DNA of 64,000 bases from NCBI GenBank assembly GCA_963674965.2, contig CAXXFL010000006.1, forward strand, positions 1,088,001 to 1,152,000, given 5' to 3'. This document shows positions 1 through 9,711 of the stretch, piece by piece. The notes beneath the pieces are model-generated. The model did not search any database. It was given only the letters and a program-made list of their open reading frames with translations, and was not told the origin of the DNA. Source of the DNA: a bacterium (GTDB lineage Bacteria; RBG-13-61-14; DATKZS01). The position numbers and the translations under genes are program-made. Within the stretch, counting starts at the first letter, position 1; each line of letters opens with the position of its first letter.

Positions 1-1
1 G

Positions 2-1516
2 GAATTGACCATGCGGGCCAGGCGGGTCCTGAGAGAAAAATTCCTCGCCGCCGACATGGGAATAACCGGGGCCAACGCCCTCATCGCCGAGAACGGGGCC
101 CTGGCCCTGGTCGAGAACGAGGGCAACATCAGGCTCACGACGACCCTGCCCCGGATACACGTCGCCCTGGTGGGCATCGAGAAGTTACTTCCCGCCATGG
201 ACGACCTGGCCCTCCATCTCAAGCTCTTGCCCCGGTGCGCCACGGGCCAGAAAATGCCCGGCTACGTTTCCGTCATCAGGGGGCCGGCCCGGAACGACGA
301 ACCGGACGGCGCGGTCGAGTTCCATCTGGTGCTCCTGGACAACAACCGGTCGTCCCTGGCCCGGGACCCTTTGCTCCGGGAGGCCTTGAAGTGCATCCGC
401 TGCGGAGGCTGTCTTAACGCTTGTCCCGTTTATCAGCACGTGGGCGGACACGCCTACGGCACGGTATATCCGGGTCCGATCGGCTCGGCCATCAGCATGG
501 CCATGCGCGACCCGGGCGCGAGCTTTGCCCTTCCCTTCATGAGCAGCCTGTGCGGGGCCTGCACGGAGGCCTGTCCCGCCGGCATACCTTTGCATCGAAT
601 CCTGCTCGAGCTTCGGGAAAGGGTCAACAAGACGGACGACTCGGCTGGAGGATGGGCCGAGAAGGCGGCCTTCCGCCTCTGGAGCGAGGCGTGGAAATCC
701 CCGGCCGGGTACGAGCTGACAAACCGCCTGCTGGCAGCCGCCATAAACGTGTGGGCAAGGGACGACGCCGTCAAGTCTTTGCCTCCACCAGGAGGCGCCT
801 GGACAAGGCAAAGGGATTTTCCGCCGCCCGCGAAAAATACTTTCCATGAAATATGGCGCACAAGACAAAAGAAAAGCCCGGCCCCCGGCTCGGACCCGGC
901 TGAGATTTCTCCACCCCCCATGCCGCCCGAGGGCAAGGGACCGGGGCCCTTCCCCTCTTCCCCCCGGCCCGGAGACCCCGGGAAATTCGCGAGCGAGATG
1001 AAGCTGATGAGGGGCGAGACCATCGTGGTGGATGGTCCGGACGAGGCGAGGACGGCGTTGCGGCAAACGCTGGAGCGCTTTGCCGGTTCAGCCATGGTCA
1101 AGTGGGACCATCCGGACCTGGATGAGCTTTCGCTTGACCACGTGGCCGCCGAGCTTGGTATTTCCCTGGCGGGCCCGCGAGGAGACAAGAACGATATAAT
1201 CAAAGCGGCGGCAAAGGCCAGGGCGGGAGTTACCGCCGCGGATTTCGGGCTGGCCGACTCGGCCACGCTGGTCCTTATTACGGGACCGGCCAGGCCCAGG
1301 TCTTTCAGCCTTTTGCCCGAGGTCCACGTGGCTCTCCTGAGAAAGGACCTTCTCTTTCGCGACAACGACGACCTGCCGGCGGCGCTCAAGAATTTCGGGG
1401 GCAGTAGTCTTAGAGGAGCGACCCTCGTAAGCGCTCCCAGCATGACGGGCGACATCGAGATGACTCCCGTGTTTGGAGTACATGGGCCCCGCGCCCTGAT
1501 AGTGATTATTTGGTGA
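2..1516 (+). CDS. lutB: Lactate utilization protein LutB (Fe-S) fused to a C-terminal LutC/LUD domain; 5'-truncated by window edge
   Basis: GITGAN..ENEGN motif, CIRCGGCLNACP and CGACTEACP clusters, Pro-rich linker, then LutC-type SLLPEVH and PSMTGDIE..GVHGP motifs. Confidence 0.85.
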   Translation, partial: ELTMRARRVLREKFLAADMGITGANALIAENGALALVENEGNIRLTTTLPRIHVALVGIEKLLPAMDDLALHLKLLPRCATGQKMPGYVSVIRGPARNDEPDGAVEFHLVLLDNNRSSLARDPLLREALKCIRCGGCLNACPVYQHVGGHAYGTVYPGPIGSAISMAMRDPGASFALPFMSSLCGACTEACPAGIPLHRILLELRERVNKTDDSAGGWAEKAAFRLWSEAWKSPAGYELTNRLLAAAINVWARDDAVKSLPPPGGAWTRQRDFPPPAKNTFHEIWRTRQKKSPAPGSDPAEISPPPMPPEGKGPGPFPSSPRPGDPGKFASEMKLMRGETIVVDGPDEARTALRQTLERFAGSAMVKWDHPDLDELSLDHVAAELGISLAGPRGDKNDIIKAAAKARAGVTAADFGLADSATLVLITGPARPRSFSLLPEVHVALLRKDLLFRDNDDLPAALKNFGGSSLRGATLVSAPSMTGDIEMTPVFGVHGPRALIVIIW

Positions 1517-3252
1517 TGGAAAAAGAACGGTTAAAAAAAATCTCCGCCCTGGCGCTCGCGACCTTGCCCGCCTTGGCCTGCCTGGCCCAGGCCCTTCATT
1601 TCTACCTTTTCAATCTTAACGACCTGGGCCTTGGCTTTCCCATTGACGACGCTTACATTTTCAAGCGCTACGCGGAAAACCTGGCCGCGGGCCGCGGCTT
1701 CTCCTTCAACCCGGGAGAGACCAGCTTCGGATGTACCAGCCTGGTGTGGCCCTTTTTAATGGCGGCGCTTATTAAGGCACTTCCTTTTCTGGACTACGTC
1801 ACCATCGCCTTCTGGCTGGGGGCATTGTGTAACGCCCTTACCGCCTCTGGAGCTTTCCTTGTTATTTGGAGGGCCTCGGGCAGGGTCGCTCCGGCGCTTT
1901 TCGGCGGCATGGTCATCGCGCTTTGCGTGCCTTTATCCTTTATCCACGCCGTGAGCGGCATGGAGACGCCCTTGACGGCTTTACTCCTGGTCGCCTTTTG
2001 CGCGGCCGCGCTGGACGATACGCCTCATCCCGCGGCGGCCGGCGTTATTGCCGGTCTCCTTTATCTGAGCAGGCCGGAGAACCTTTATTTCCCTTTAGGC
2101 TTCTTCATCGCCTGGGCCATGGTCCTTCCCTTCAAGGAAAAAAAGCCGGTCCTTCGCGGCATGGCCCTTTTCGCGGCCGCCTGGCTGGCGGTTGTGCTTC
2201 CCTCGGCTTTATGGGTCCATGCCCGGACGGGGACTTTTTTGCCGGGTACTTATTTGGGCAAGATCATGGCCAGTTCTCCCGCCCTGCTCGAAAGAGGGCT
2301 GGGCGAGAAAATCCTTTTCGGCGTCCTCTCTTTCCTGGACGGTTGGAAAAGGATCGGCTGGCCCCTACACTTCATTTCCTTCGCCCTCATGGCCGGGGCC
2401 GCGGCCGAGACGGCCCACGCCATCGCGTCCATTCCGGACCAGGAATTCAAGTATTTCAGCCGACTGAGGAAAATGGCCCTGGCCGGACGCGAGGCCCTGA
2501 CCAAGGAAGCCTCGGCGGGAAGGCTGATCCTGGCCGGATACATGCTCTTGCCGGGAGTATATGGTTTCCAGTTCCCGGTGCATCCGGCCTTTGGCGGCTA
2601 TTACAACCGCTATATCGCGCCGCTTTTCGTTGTCTGGGTCATACTGGGGGCCATCGGTATCCAGGGCGGATTGGCCGCCGTCTCCAATCGGCTGGGCTGG
2701 AAGGCAAAGCGAGAGCGCCTCGTTTCGATCGCGCTTCTCGTTCTTTCCCTTTGTTACCAGGGCTATCTATTCAACTTCCAGATAAAGGAGACCAAGGCCG
2801 TATACGCGGCCGAGGTCAGGCTCAACGCGGGCATAAGGATGGAGGCCGCCAAGTGGATAGCCGACCCGGCGAACGTTCCTCCCGGCGCCAGGGTAATGGT
2901 CGGGTACACCGGGCTCGGCGTGGTCGGAGGCGCCTGCGACCGCTACGTCCTGGACCTGGGCGCCCTCATCAACCCGGACATTTTCGAATATTACCGGGAC
3001 GCTCCCGTCACTCCCGAGGGAAGGTGGAAGGCCGTGCTCGGATACATGAAAGACAAAGGCGTGACCTGGTACGTGACTTTCGCCGCGCCGGCGGGTGGAC
3101 AGCTTAAAATACTCGATCCCGCGGCCACTCCAGGTTTTATCGAGGCGGCAAGGATAGGAGCGCAAGGCGAGCCGTCCTCCTTCTACGAACAGATTCGGAT
3201 TTACAGGATAGACTGGGAAAGACACGAAAATGACGAAAGCGGCCGTCCATAA
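1516..3252 (+). CDS. Polytopic membrane protein, GT-C-fold (AftB/GT39-like) glycosyltransferase
   Basis: DDAYIF.RYA.N...G.G..FNPGE...G.TS motif, SGMET, RPE, many TM helices; TGATG coupling to the upstream gene. Confidence 0.65.
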   Translation: MEKERLKKISALALATLPALACLAQALHFYLFNLNDLGLGFPIDDAYIFKRYAENLAAGRGFSFNPGETSFGCTSLVWPFLMAALIKALPFLDYVTIAFWLGALCNALTASGAFLVIWRASGRVAPALFGGMVIALCVPLSFIHAVSGMETPLTALLLVAFCAAALDDTPHPAAAGVIAGLLYLSRPENLYFPLGFFIAWAMVLPFKEKKPVLRGMALFAAAWLAVVLPSALWVHARTGTFLPGTYLGKIMASSPALLERGLGEKILFGVLSFLDGWKRIGWPLHFISFALMAGAAAETAHAIASIPDQEFKYFSRLRKMALAGREALTKEASAGRLILAGYMLLPGVYGFQFPVHPAFGGYYNRYIAPLFVVWVILGAIGIQGGLAAVSNRLGWKAKRERLVSIALLVLSLCYQGYLFNFQIKETKAVYAAEVRLNAGIRMEAAKWIADPANVPPGARVMVGYTGLGVVGGACDRYVLDLGALINPDIFEYYRDAPVTPEGRWKAVLGYMKDKGVTWYVTFAAPAGGQLKILDPAATPGFIEAARIGAQGEPSSFYEQIRIYRIDWERHENDESGRP

Positions 3253-3334
3253 AGATTGACGGCCAAGGCCGGCAGGGTTTAAATTAAAGCGTCGGTTGGC
3301 ATATGCCGAGAAATTTTTGCGGGAGGTAAGAAAA

Positions 3335-3793
3335 ATGGCACGGGCCGTCACGGTGGACAAACTAAAGGAAATGGTGGGCCAGGAGATAGGTCTCAGCGAC
3401 TGGCTGCAAATCAATCAGGACCGGATCAACGCCTTCGCCGAGTGCACGGAGGACAGGCAGTGGATTCACGTGGACCAGGAGATGGCCAAGAACGGTCCCT
3501 TCGGCACGACCATAGCCCACGGCTACCTTACTCTCAGCATGCTCAGCTACTTCAACTTTCAGAACAACGTGTTCCCCTCCGGCATCAAGATGGCGGTCAA
3601 TTACGGCCTCAACAAGGTCAGGTTTCTCAATCCCATCCCGGTGGGATCGAAGATCAGGAACCGCGCCGTGCTTAAGGAGGTCACCGACAAGGGCGGCGGA
3701 AGGCTGCTCATGATCACGGAGAACACCGTCGAGATCGAGGGGCAGGAAAAGCCCGCCATGGTCGCCGAAAGCCTGGCCATGCTTTTCGTCTGA
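3335..3793 (+). CDS. MaoC/NodN-family dehydratase
   Basis: F...T.D.QWIHVD, GPFG.TIAHGYLTLS, NYGLNKVRF motifs; GGGAGG RBS upstream. Confidence 0.9.
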   Translation: MARAVTVDKLKEMVGQEIGLSDWLQINQDRINAFAECTEDRQWIHVDQEMAKNGPFGTTIAHGYLTLSMLSYFNFQNNVFPSGIKMAVNYGLNKVRFLNPIPVGSKIRNRAVLKEVTDKGGGRLLMITENTVEIEGQEKPAMVAESLAMLFV

Positions 3794-3895
3794 CCCCGCG
3801 GGGGCGTGAAAAGGACCGGCGTCCGCCTCCTTTTAGGGCTGGCGTCTTTTCCTTGAAGGGGGCGGAGGCGCAAGATAGCGCCTTTTCCCGGCCTT

Positions 3896-3904
3896 TGGTA
3901 TAAT
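3896..3904 (+). promoter_or_regulatory. Extended -10 promoter (TGgTATAAT) 7 nt upstream of the methyltransferase ATG
   Basis: tggtataat at 3896-3904; ATG at 3912 with no SD sequence. Confidence 0.5.
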
Positions 3905-3911
3905 TCCGGAT

Positions 3912-4745
3912 ATGAAAATAGTGGACAAACTGAGGACGGCCCTGTTCAAGGAAACGGCCGAAAAGGGACCTTCGCCGCCGGACAAGGAATTATGGAGCCC
4001 GTCCATGGGCTCGGATTATCGGGAATTCTGGAACGCCATGGCCAAAGACAGGCAAGGGGCGTACCTGGCCGTGGCCGGTGAACCCTTTGGCGAGCCCGCC
4101 ACGGAGGAAAGCCTGTCCCGTCACGGGGCGGACACGGCCCGGATCATAGGCGACGTGCTCGAGATAGGCCCGGAGGACGGGGTGCTGGAGGTCGGCGTGG
4201 GAGTTGGACGCCTGGCCGAGCACCTTGCCCCCCGCTGCGGGTCCTTCACGGGCATGGACGTCTCGGACAACATGATCAAGGTGGCGAGGGAAAGGCTTTC
4301 CGGGATGGCCAACGTCGAGCTTCGGGCCCACGGCCAAAGCGATCTTTCTCCCTTCCCGGACGGGAGCTTCGACAAGGTCTACTTCCAGGTGGTCCTCATC
4401 CACCTGGACCGGGAGGACGCCTATCATTACATGAGGGAAACTCTAAGGGTCCTGAGGCCGGGCGGAAGGGCCTGGTTCCAGTTCTACAACCTGCTTCATG
4501 ACGGCGGCTTCAAGGAGTTCGAGTTCGCCGTCAATTACATGGTCGAGAAGGGAGGCAAGACGAGGGGCCGGGTCCACTGCTACACGGCCTCCGAGGTCCG
4601 CCGCCTGGTGGAGAAGGCCGGTTTCCGGATCGACGAGCAAAGGTCTCGCCTGGCCGAGGCCAAGCAGGACTTCGGCTACCGGATTCCCGACCTGGACTGG
4701 GAATTTTACCTTATCGCCGTGGGAGAGAAGCCCGCCAATGGCTGA
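3912..4745 (+). CDS. Class I SAM-dependent methyltransferase
   Basis: VLEVGVGVGR motif I, GMDVS, FPDGSFDKV, RVLRPGG. Confidence 0.85.
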   Translation: MKIVDKLRTALFKETAEKGPSPPDKELWSPSMGSDYREFWNAMAKDRQGAYLAVAGEPFGEPATEESLSRHGADTARIIGDVLEIGPEDGVLEVGVGVGRLAEHLAPRCGSFTGMDVSDNMIKVARERLSGMANVELRAHGQSDLSPFPDGSFDKVYFQVVLIHLDREDAYHYMRETLRVLRPGGRAWFQFYNLLHDGGFKEFEFAVNYMVEKGGKTRGRVHCYTASEVRRLVEKAGFRIDEQRSRLAEAKQDFGYRIPDLDWEFYLIAVGEKPANG

Positions 4746-5703
4746 TCCCCGCGCGAGCGTGGTCATTCCCACTCTGAACGGAGGAGCCCGGTTCAAGGAA
4801 TGCATCGAGGCCGTTTGCTCGCAGGAGCTGGAGGGCGGCTTCGAGGTGGTGACGGTGGACTCGGGCTCGAGCGACGGCACGGACGAGGTGGCCCGGAAGC
4901 ATGGCCGCCTCATCCGGATAAAGAAGTCCGAGTTCAACCACGGACTTACTCGCAACCTGGGTATTTCCCGGACCTCGGGCCGCTCGGTGGCCCTTATCGT
5001 GCAGGACGCCGTGCCCATGGGACGTGACTGGCTTTCGCGGCTGGTCGAGGCGGCCGAGACGGAGGGGGTGGCCGGGGCCTATAGCCGCCAGGTCCCTCGT
5101 CCTGACTGCCCTCCCTTTATCAAGGCGCGGCTGGACAGATGGAGCGCCTCTCGAGCCGACCGCGAGATCAAGTCCTTGAAGGGGGAGGACGAGCTTATGT
5201 CCCTTCCCATGCTCGAGCGGATAAGGCGGCTCAGCTTCGACAACGTCAGCTCATGCCTCAGGCGCGAGGCCTGGGAGCGTTTCCCCTTTGCCGAGCGCCG
5301 CTTCGGGGAGGACGCCGCCTGGTCGAGGGAAGTGCAACTGGCGGGATGGTCCGTGGTCTACGAGCCGGCCTCGGTGGTCGAGCACAGCCACGCCAACTCG
5401 ATGTGGTACGAGTTCAAGCGCGTGTATCTCGACCATCGCAACTGGCGGGAGGTGGCGGGAGGCGCGCTGTTCAACAACCTCGTGGAAGTTTTCCAGGCCT
5501 CGATCAACGGCGTGCCCGACAGGTGGGCGGAGTTGGAGGAGCGGGGCGTGACGGGGCTCGAGGCCTGGTACTGGCGGGCTTACGCCCTGCCCTATTGCGC
5601 CAGCCAGAACCTGGCCCAATACCTGGGTAGCAGGTCTTACAAGGCGGTCATGAAACTGGGATGGTATCGGCGGATCGACGATTTCATAGCCAAGGGGGTT
5701 TAG
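4738..5703 (+). CDS. Glycosyltransferase family 2 (rhamnosyltransferase-like)
   Basis: SVVIPTLNG, VDSGSSDGT, FNHGLTRN, QDA, FGED motifs. Confidence 0.85.
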   Translation: MADPRASVVIPTLNGGARFKECIEAVCSQELEGGFEVVTVDSGSSDGTDEVARKHGRLIRIKKSEFNHGLTRNLGISRTSGRSVALIVQDAVPMGRDWLSRLVEAAETEGVAGAYSRQVPRPDCPPFIKARLDRWSASRADREIKSLKGEDELMSLPMLERIRRLSFDNVSSCLRREAWERFPFAERRFGEDAAWSREVQLAGWSVVYEPASVVEHSHANSMWYEFKRVYLDHRNWREVAGGALFNNLVEVFQASINGVPDRWAELEERGVTGLEAWYWRAYALPYCASQNLAQYLGSRSYKAVMKLGWYRRIDDFIAKGV

Positions 5704-6989
5704 TCACGCGTATCGTCTACGTTAGCCAGGGATACCCGCCCGAGAGGGTGGGCGGCGTCGAGGTATATTTGAAGGGCCTGGCCCGCGAGATGTCCGGCGG
5801 CCACGAGGTCTTCGTCTTCAGCCGGGGCCTGCAGGATAACGTTAAGACGGGCCATACCTACGTCGAGATGGACGGCCCGGTCGAGGTCACCCGCGTGGAC
5901 GTCAACTTAAGGCGCCTCGGCGAGTTCCGGGAGATTTACTCGAGGCCCTGCATCGAGGAGTTGTTCGCCAATTACCTGGATCAGGTCCGGCCCGACCTCG
6001 TTCATTTCCAGCATTTCGGCGGCCTTAGTCTTGGCATGATCGACGTGGCCCGGGAAGCGGGCGCTCCGGTCGTGGTCACTCTCTCCGACCACCAGCCCTA
6101 TTGCCCGAGGGGCCAGCGGATCAGGAACGATAAAAGGGTCTGCACGGCCATCAACCTGGACGAGTGCCTCGAGTGTCTCAAGCCCCAGACCGTGGGCCTC
6201 GAGGGCAGGGCGGCCAAGCTGGCGGCCTATCTTTTGGGGAAGAGCAAGGGCCTGGATCTCCTGCGGACCATGCATGATGACGTGGCCGAGAGTTTTGCCA
6301 AGGTCTCGACCTTTATCATGCCCTCCGAGTTTCACCGGGCCCGGATGATCGAGGCGGGCACGCCGGCCTACTCGAGCGTGGTCATGCCCTACGGGCTGGA
6401 CCTTTCCATGCTCGACGGGGTCCCTCGCCGTCCCGCGGGGGAGCCGGTCAAGCGCTTCGGATACCTGGGTACCCTCATCCCCAGCAAGGGCGTGGAGGAC
6501 GTCATTATGGCCTTCAAGCGCATGAAGGTCACGGGTTGCTCCCTCCACGTTTACGGCGAGGCCGTTCCATATCACGGAGTAACCGACTACGACAAGCGCC
6601 TGGTCGAGATGGCCCGGAGCGCGGACGTGAGTTTTTACGGCCCCTACCAGCCCGATGACCTGCCCCGGGTCTTGTCTCGCATCGACGCGGTGGTCATGCC
6701 CAGCAGGTGGTACGAGTCCTACGGGATCACGATCAGGGAGGCCTTCCGGGCGGGCCGTCCCACCATCGTTTCCGACGTGGGGGCCTTTTCCGAGGCGGTC
6801 GATCATGAGGTCAACGGTCTCAAGTATCCGCCGGGGGACGTCATCGGGCTGGCCGCCGCCATGGACGCCATGGCCTCGGACGCGGACATGGCTCAAAGGA
6901 TGGCCGAGGCGGGCGGTCCCGTCACGAGCGTGTCCGACCACGCGGCCGGCCTGATCGCCGTTTACAACAAGGCCATCGAGGACTCTTGA
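5661..6989 (+). CDS. Glycosyltransferase family 4
   Basis: YPP..VGGVE, PDLVHFQH, KGV, PSRWYESYGITIREA (EX7E) motifs; start position uncertain. Confidence 0.85.
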   Translation: MVSADRRFHSQGGLVTRIVYVSQGYPPERVGGVEVYLKGLAREMSGGHEVFVFSRGLQDNVKTGHTYVEMDGPVEVTRVDVNLRRLGEFREIYSRPCIEELFANYLDQVRPDLVHFQHFGGLSLGMIDVAREAGAPVVVTLSDHQPYCPRGQRIRNDKRVCTAINLDECLECLKPQTVGLEGRAAKLAAYLLGKSKGLDLLRTMHDDVAESFAKVSTFIMPSEFHRARMIEAGTPAYSSVVMPYGLDLSMLDGVPRRPAGEPVKRFGYLGTLIPSKGVEDVIMAFKRMKVTGCSLHVYGEAVPYHGVTDYDKRLVEMARSADVSFYGPYQPDDLPRVLSRIDAVVMPSRWYESYGITIREAFRAGRPTIVSDVGAFSEAVDHEVNGLKYPPGDVIGLAAAMDAMASDADMAQRMAEAGGPVTSVSDHAAGLIAVYNKAIEDS

Positions 6990-8404
6990 TGCGCCTTCTT
7001 TTAATCCAGCCGGACTACGCGAGAAAACGCGAAAACGGCGGCCCACCGGCCGGTCTCATGCCGGCCAGGTCTCTTGTCCAGTTGGCCCTTCTGCTCGAGG
7101 GCATGGGCCATGAGACGCGGGTGCTCGATCCTTTCTCGGCCGCGAGCGCGGCGAAAGGGGAAGAAGAGGTGGACGTGGGCGCCGCCGCTCTCGCCGCCTC
7201 GAGGGAAAAAGGATTCGACGCGGCCGGCGTGGCCGTCTACACGGCCACTCGCAAGGAGGCCCGTCTCGCGGCCGGTCTCCTTAAAAAGGGTTCCAGGACC
7301 ATGCCGGTGATGGCGGGCGGGCCTCACGTCTCGAGGCTGCCCAAAAGCTTGATGGGCGGGTGGCCGGAGATCGACTACGCCCTTCTCGGGGCGGCGGAGG
7401 AATCTCTTCCGGCCCTCGTCGAGGCCCTGGATAAAGGCTCGTCCGCTTTCAGGATAAACAACCTGGCCTTCAGGGCGGGGCCAAAAACCGTCCGGGTCAA
7501 CGGCAAGGCGTCGTACAAGGCGGACCTCTCGGCCCTGCCCCCCACGCGCTACGACAAATACCTGGAGGCGCTACCCGAGCCCAGGATACCTCGGGCCTAC
7601 GTTATGACCGCGAGGGGATGCTCGTTCTGGTGCAACTTCTGCTCGAGCCTTTGGAAGAAGGTCATCCTGGCGGAACCGAAACGGGTGGCGGACGAAATCG
7701 AGCACCTGGCACGGGACTGCGGGACCGAGCGCGTCATCATTTATGACGACTGCTTCGGCATGAACGCGGACCACGCGGCCTCGGTGCTGGACGCCCTGAT
7801 CGAGAAAAAGGTCGAGGTCGAGCTCGAGGCCGTGACCCGGTTCGACGTGGTAACCGACGTTTGGCTGGACAAGTTCGTCCAGGCCGGCGGCGTCCACTTG
7901 TTCGCCGGCATCGAGACGGGGTCGAAAAAGCTCAGACGGCGCATGAACAAGCACATGGCCGACGGCGACCTTTGCGCGGGGGCCGAGGCCATCCGCAAAA
8001 GGGGGATCAAGCTGGGGGTATACCTTATGTTCGGCTTCCCCTACGAGGAGGACAGGGACGTTTCGGAGACGGTCCGGCTCGTCAGGAAGCTCGATCCCGA
8101 GCAGGTGATGAGCTCGGTCTTCGACGTGAAGCCCGGCGACATGCTCTCCGAGTTCTCGATGAGCGCCGAGGTCATCGAGCCCGACGACTGGCTGAGCGAG
8201 GAAAGAAGGCTGATAAACGAGATGGATGAGGAGACCCTGCTGATGAACGCGGCCAGGGCTACGGCCTTCGACCGGGCTTTCACCAAAAGCCGGATCATGC
8301 CGGAGCACGACTCGGCCGACTTTATCGTCGGGGCGAGCCGGGAAATAATCGAGCCGCTCATCGAGCGGGAGACGAAGAGGTGGTTGGGAAATGCCGGGAA
8401 GTGA
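6989..8404 (+). CDS. Cobalamin-binding radical SAM protein
   Basis: N-terminal B12-binding-like region (GGPHVS), RGCSFWCNFC CxxxCxxC motif, GIETGS, MFGFPYE. Confidence 0.8.
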   Translation: MRLLLIQPDYARKRENGGPPAGLMPARSLVQLALLLEGMGHETRVLDPFSAASAAKGEEEVDVGAAALAASREKGFDAAGVAVYTATRKEARLAAGLLKKGSRTMPVMAGGPHVSRLPKSLMGGWPEIDYALLGAAEESLPALVEALDKGSSAFRINNLAFRAGPKTVRVNGKASYKADLSALPPTRYDKYLEALPEPRIPRAYVMTARGCSFWCNFCSSLWKKVILAEPKRVADEIEHLARDCGTERVIIYDDCFGMNADHAASVLDALIEKKVEVELEAVTRFDVVTDVWLDKFVQAGGVHLFAGIETGSKKLRRRMNKHMADGDLCAGAEAIRKRGIKLGVYLMFGFPYEEDRDVSETVRLVRKLDPEQVMSSVFDVKPGDMLSEFSMSAEVIEPDDWLSEERRLINEMDEETLLMNAARATAFDRAFTKSRIMPEHDSADFIVGASREIIEPLIERETKRWLGNAGK

Positions 8405-8924
8405 AAAAGGTTTCGTGCAGGTTTACACGGGAGACGGCAAGGGCAAGACCACGGCGGCGTTGGGTCTTTGTTTCAGGGCCGCCGGCCACGGGATGAAGAG
8501 CCATATCATCCAGTTCATGAAGGGCCAGATAGACTACGGAGAGCTAAAGGCCGTGAAGATGACGGGCGGACTGGTTACCATAACCCAGGGGGGTCGGGAC
8601 TGCTTCGTCAGCCGCGAGTGCCCGGCCCGGGAGGACGTGGACCTGGCGGGGGAGGCCCTGGCCAAGGCCTCGGATTTGGTTGCCAAAGGAGAGGTCGATA
8701 TAGTGGTGCTAGACGAGGTCAACGTGGCCCTTGACTTCAAGCTGATCGAGGTAGGGGACGTCCTGAGAATAATGGACTCGAAACCAGCCAACATGGAGCT
8801 TATTCTGACCGGACGCTCGGCCCCCGCCGAGATCGTGGAGAGGGCGGACCTAGTCACGGAGATGCGCGAGGTCAAGCATTACTGGACCAAGGGAGTGACC
8901 GCCAGAAAGGGCGTGGAAAAATAA
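8391..8924 (+). CDS. cobO: Cob(I)yrinic acid a,c-diamide adenosyltransferase (CobO/BtuR)
   Basis: VYTGDGKGKTTAALG, QFMKG, VLDE, ILTGR, ADLVTEM..VKH motifs. Confidence 0.95.
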   Translation: MPGSEKGFVQVYTGDGKGKTTAALGLCFRAAGHGMKSHIIQFMKGQIDYGELKAVKMTGGLVTITQGGRDCFVSRECPAREDVDLAGEALAKASDLVAKGEVDIVVLDEVNVALDFKLIEVGDVLRIMDSKPANMELILTGRSAPAEIVERADLVTEMREVKHYWTKGVTARKGVEK

Positions 8925-8997
8925 TCGGCCAGGCTGAAACCGATCCCGGGTCGCCCGGCATCTAAAGATGGGAATTATTCGCGCGGGAGGGAAGATC

Positions 8998-9555
8998 ATG
9001 GCGGAAGAAAAGGTCCTTTACAAGGGCGGCATGTGGAAATTCGAGGGCGCGGCCCTGGTTTACGAGACCCCCATGGTGGCGGCCCTGGTGGCCCTGGCGG
9101 CGGCCGCTTTTATCTGGTTTCGATACTTCTATCTGCCTTTCCATGAAATCCCGGCCGACTTCAACGTTTACGTCTGGGCCGTCCTTAGCGCGGCCTGGCT
9201 TTTCTATCTTTTTTACAGCCTCAGCTATTACCCGAGAAAGGTTACCGTTTTTCCAGACGGCCTCAGGTTCGACATGCTCTTCAGCCATCGCGTCGTCAAG
9301 TCCGATAAAATCGAGTACATGCGGGCGATCGACGAGAAGCGGGCCGCCTCGACCTTGTTCAATCCTTATTACCGCAGCTTGACTCCATCTCTAGGGGGGG
9401 CCGTGCTTATAAAGTTTAAATCAGGCCGTCCGTGGGTTTTCAGTCCCGAGGACCCGGAGGCTTTTCTCGCGGCGGCTTCCACCTTCGCTGAAATCCTTCC
9501 CCCCGCCGTCTCCGAGGATGCCAGGCCCGAGCCCGGCGGCGAGTCGGCGGACTGA
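8998..9555 (+). CDS. Hypothetical membrane protein, two TM helices plus a bacterial PH-like C-terminal domain
   Basis: Two hydrophobic helices; C-terminal FSPEDPEAF motif; GGGAGG RBS. Confidence 0.55.
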   Translation: MAEEKVLYKGGMWKFEGAALVYETPMVAALVALAAAAFIWFRYFYLPFHEIPADFNVYVWAVLSAAWLFYLFYSLSYYPRKVTVFPDGLRFDMLFSHRVVKSDKIEYMRAIDEKRAASTLFNPYYRSLTPSLGGAVLIKFKSGRPWVFSPEDPEAFLAAASTFAEILPPAVSEDARPEPGGESAD

Positions 9556-9711
9556 AAACACGGTCTTTGCCGGGCCTTCGGTGCTATCATGTAAAGGCAG
9601 TGGCGAATTCGGGTTGTCAACCGTCGAATAATGCGATTTAATTAACGGGAAGTGCAGATATCTCATCCGGGGACCGCGTCAATTTAAATTGCCGAAAGGT
9701 GGTACCTATTA

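Noticed and set aside
9556-9711. Cobalamin riboswitch upstream of the mutase
   Set aside because: Only an isolated GGGAA; no B12-box or other conserved core visible, and the region is mostly promoter-like
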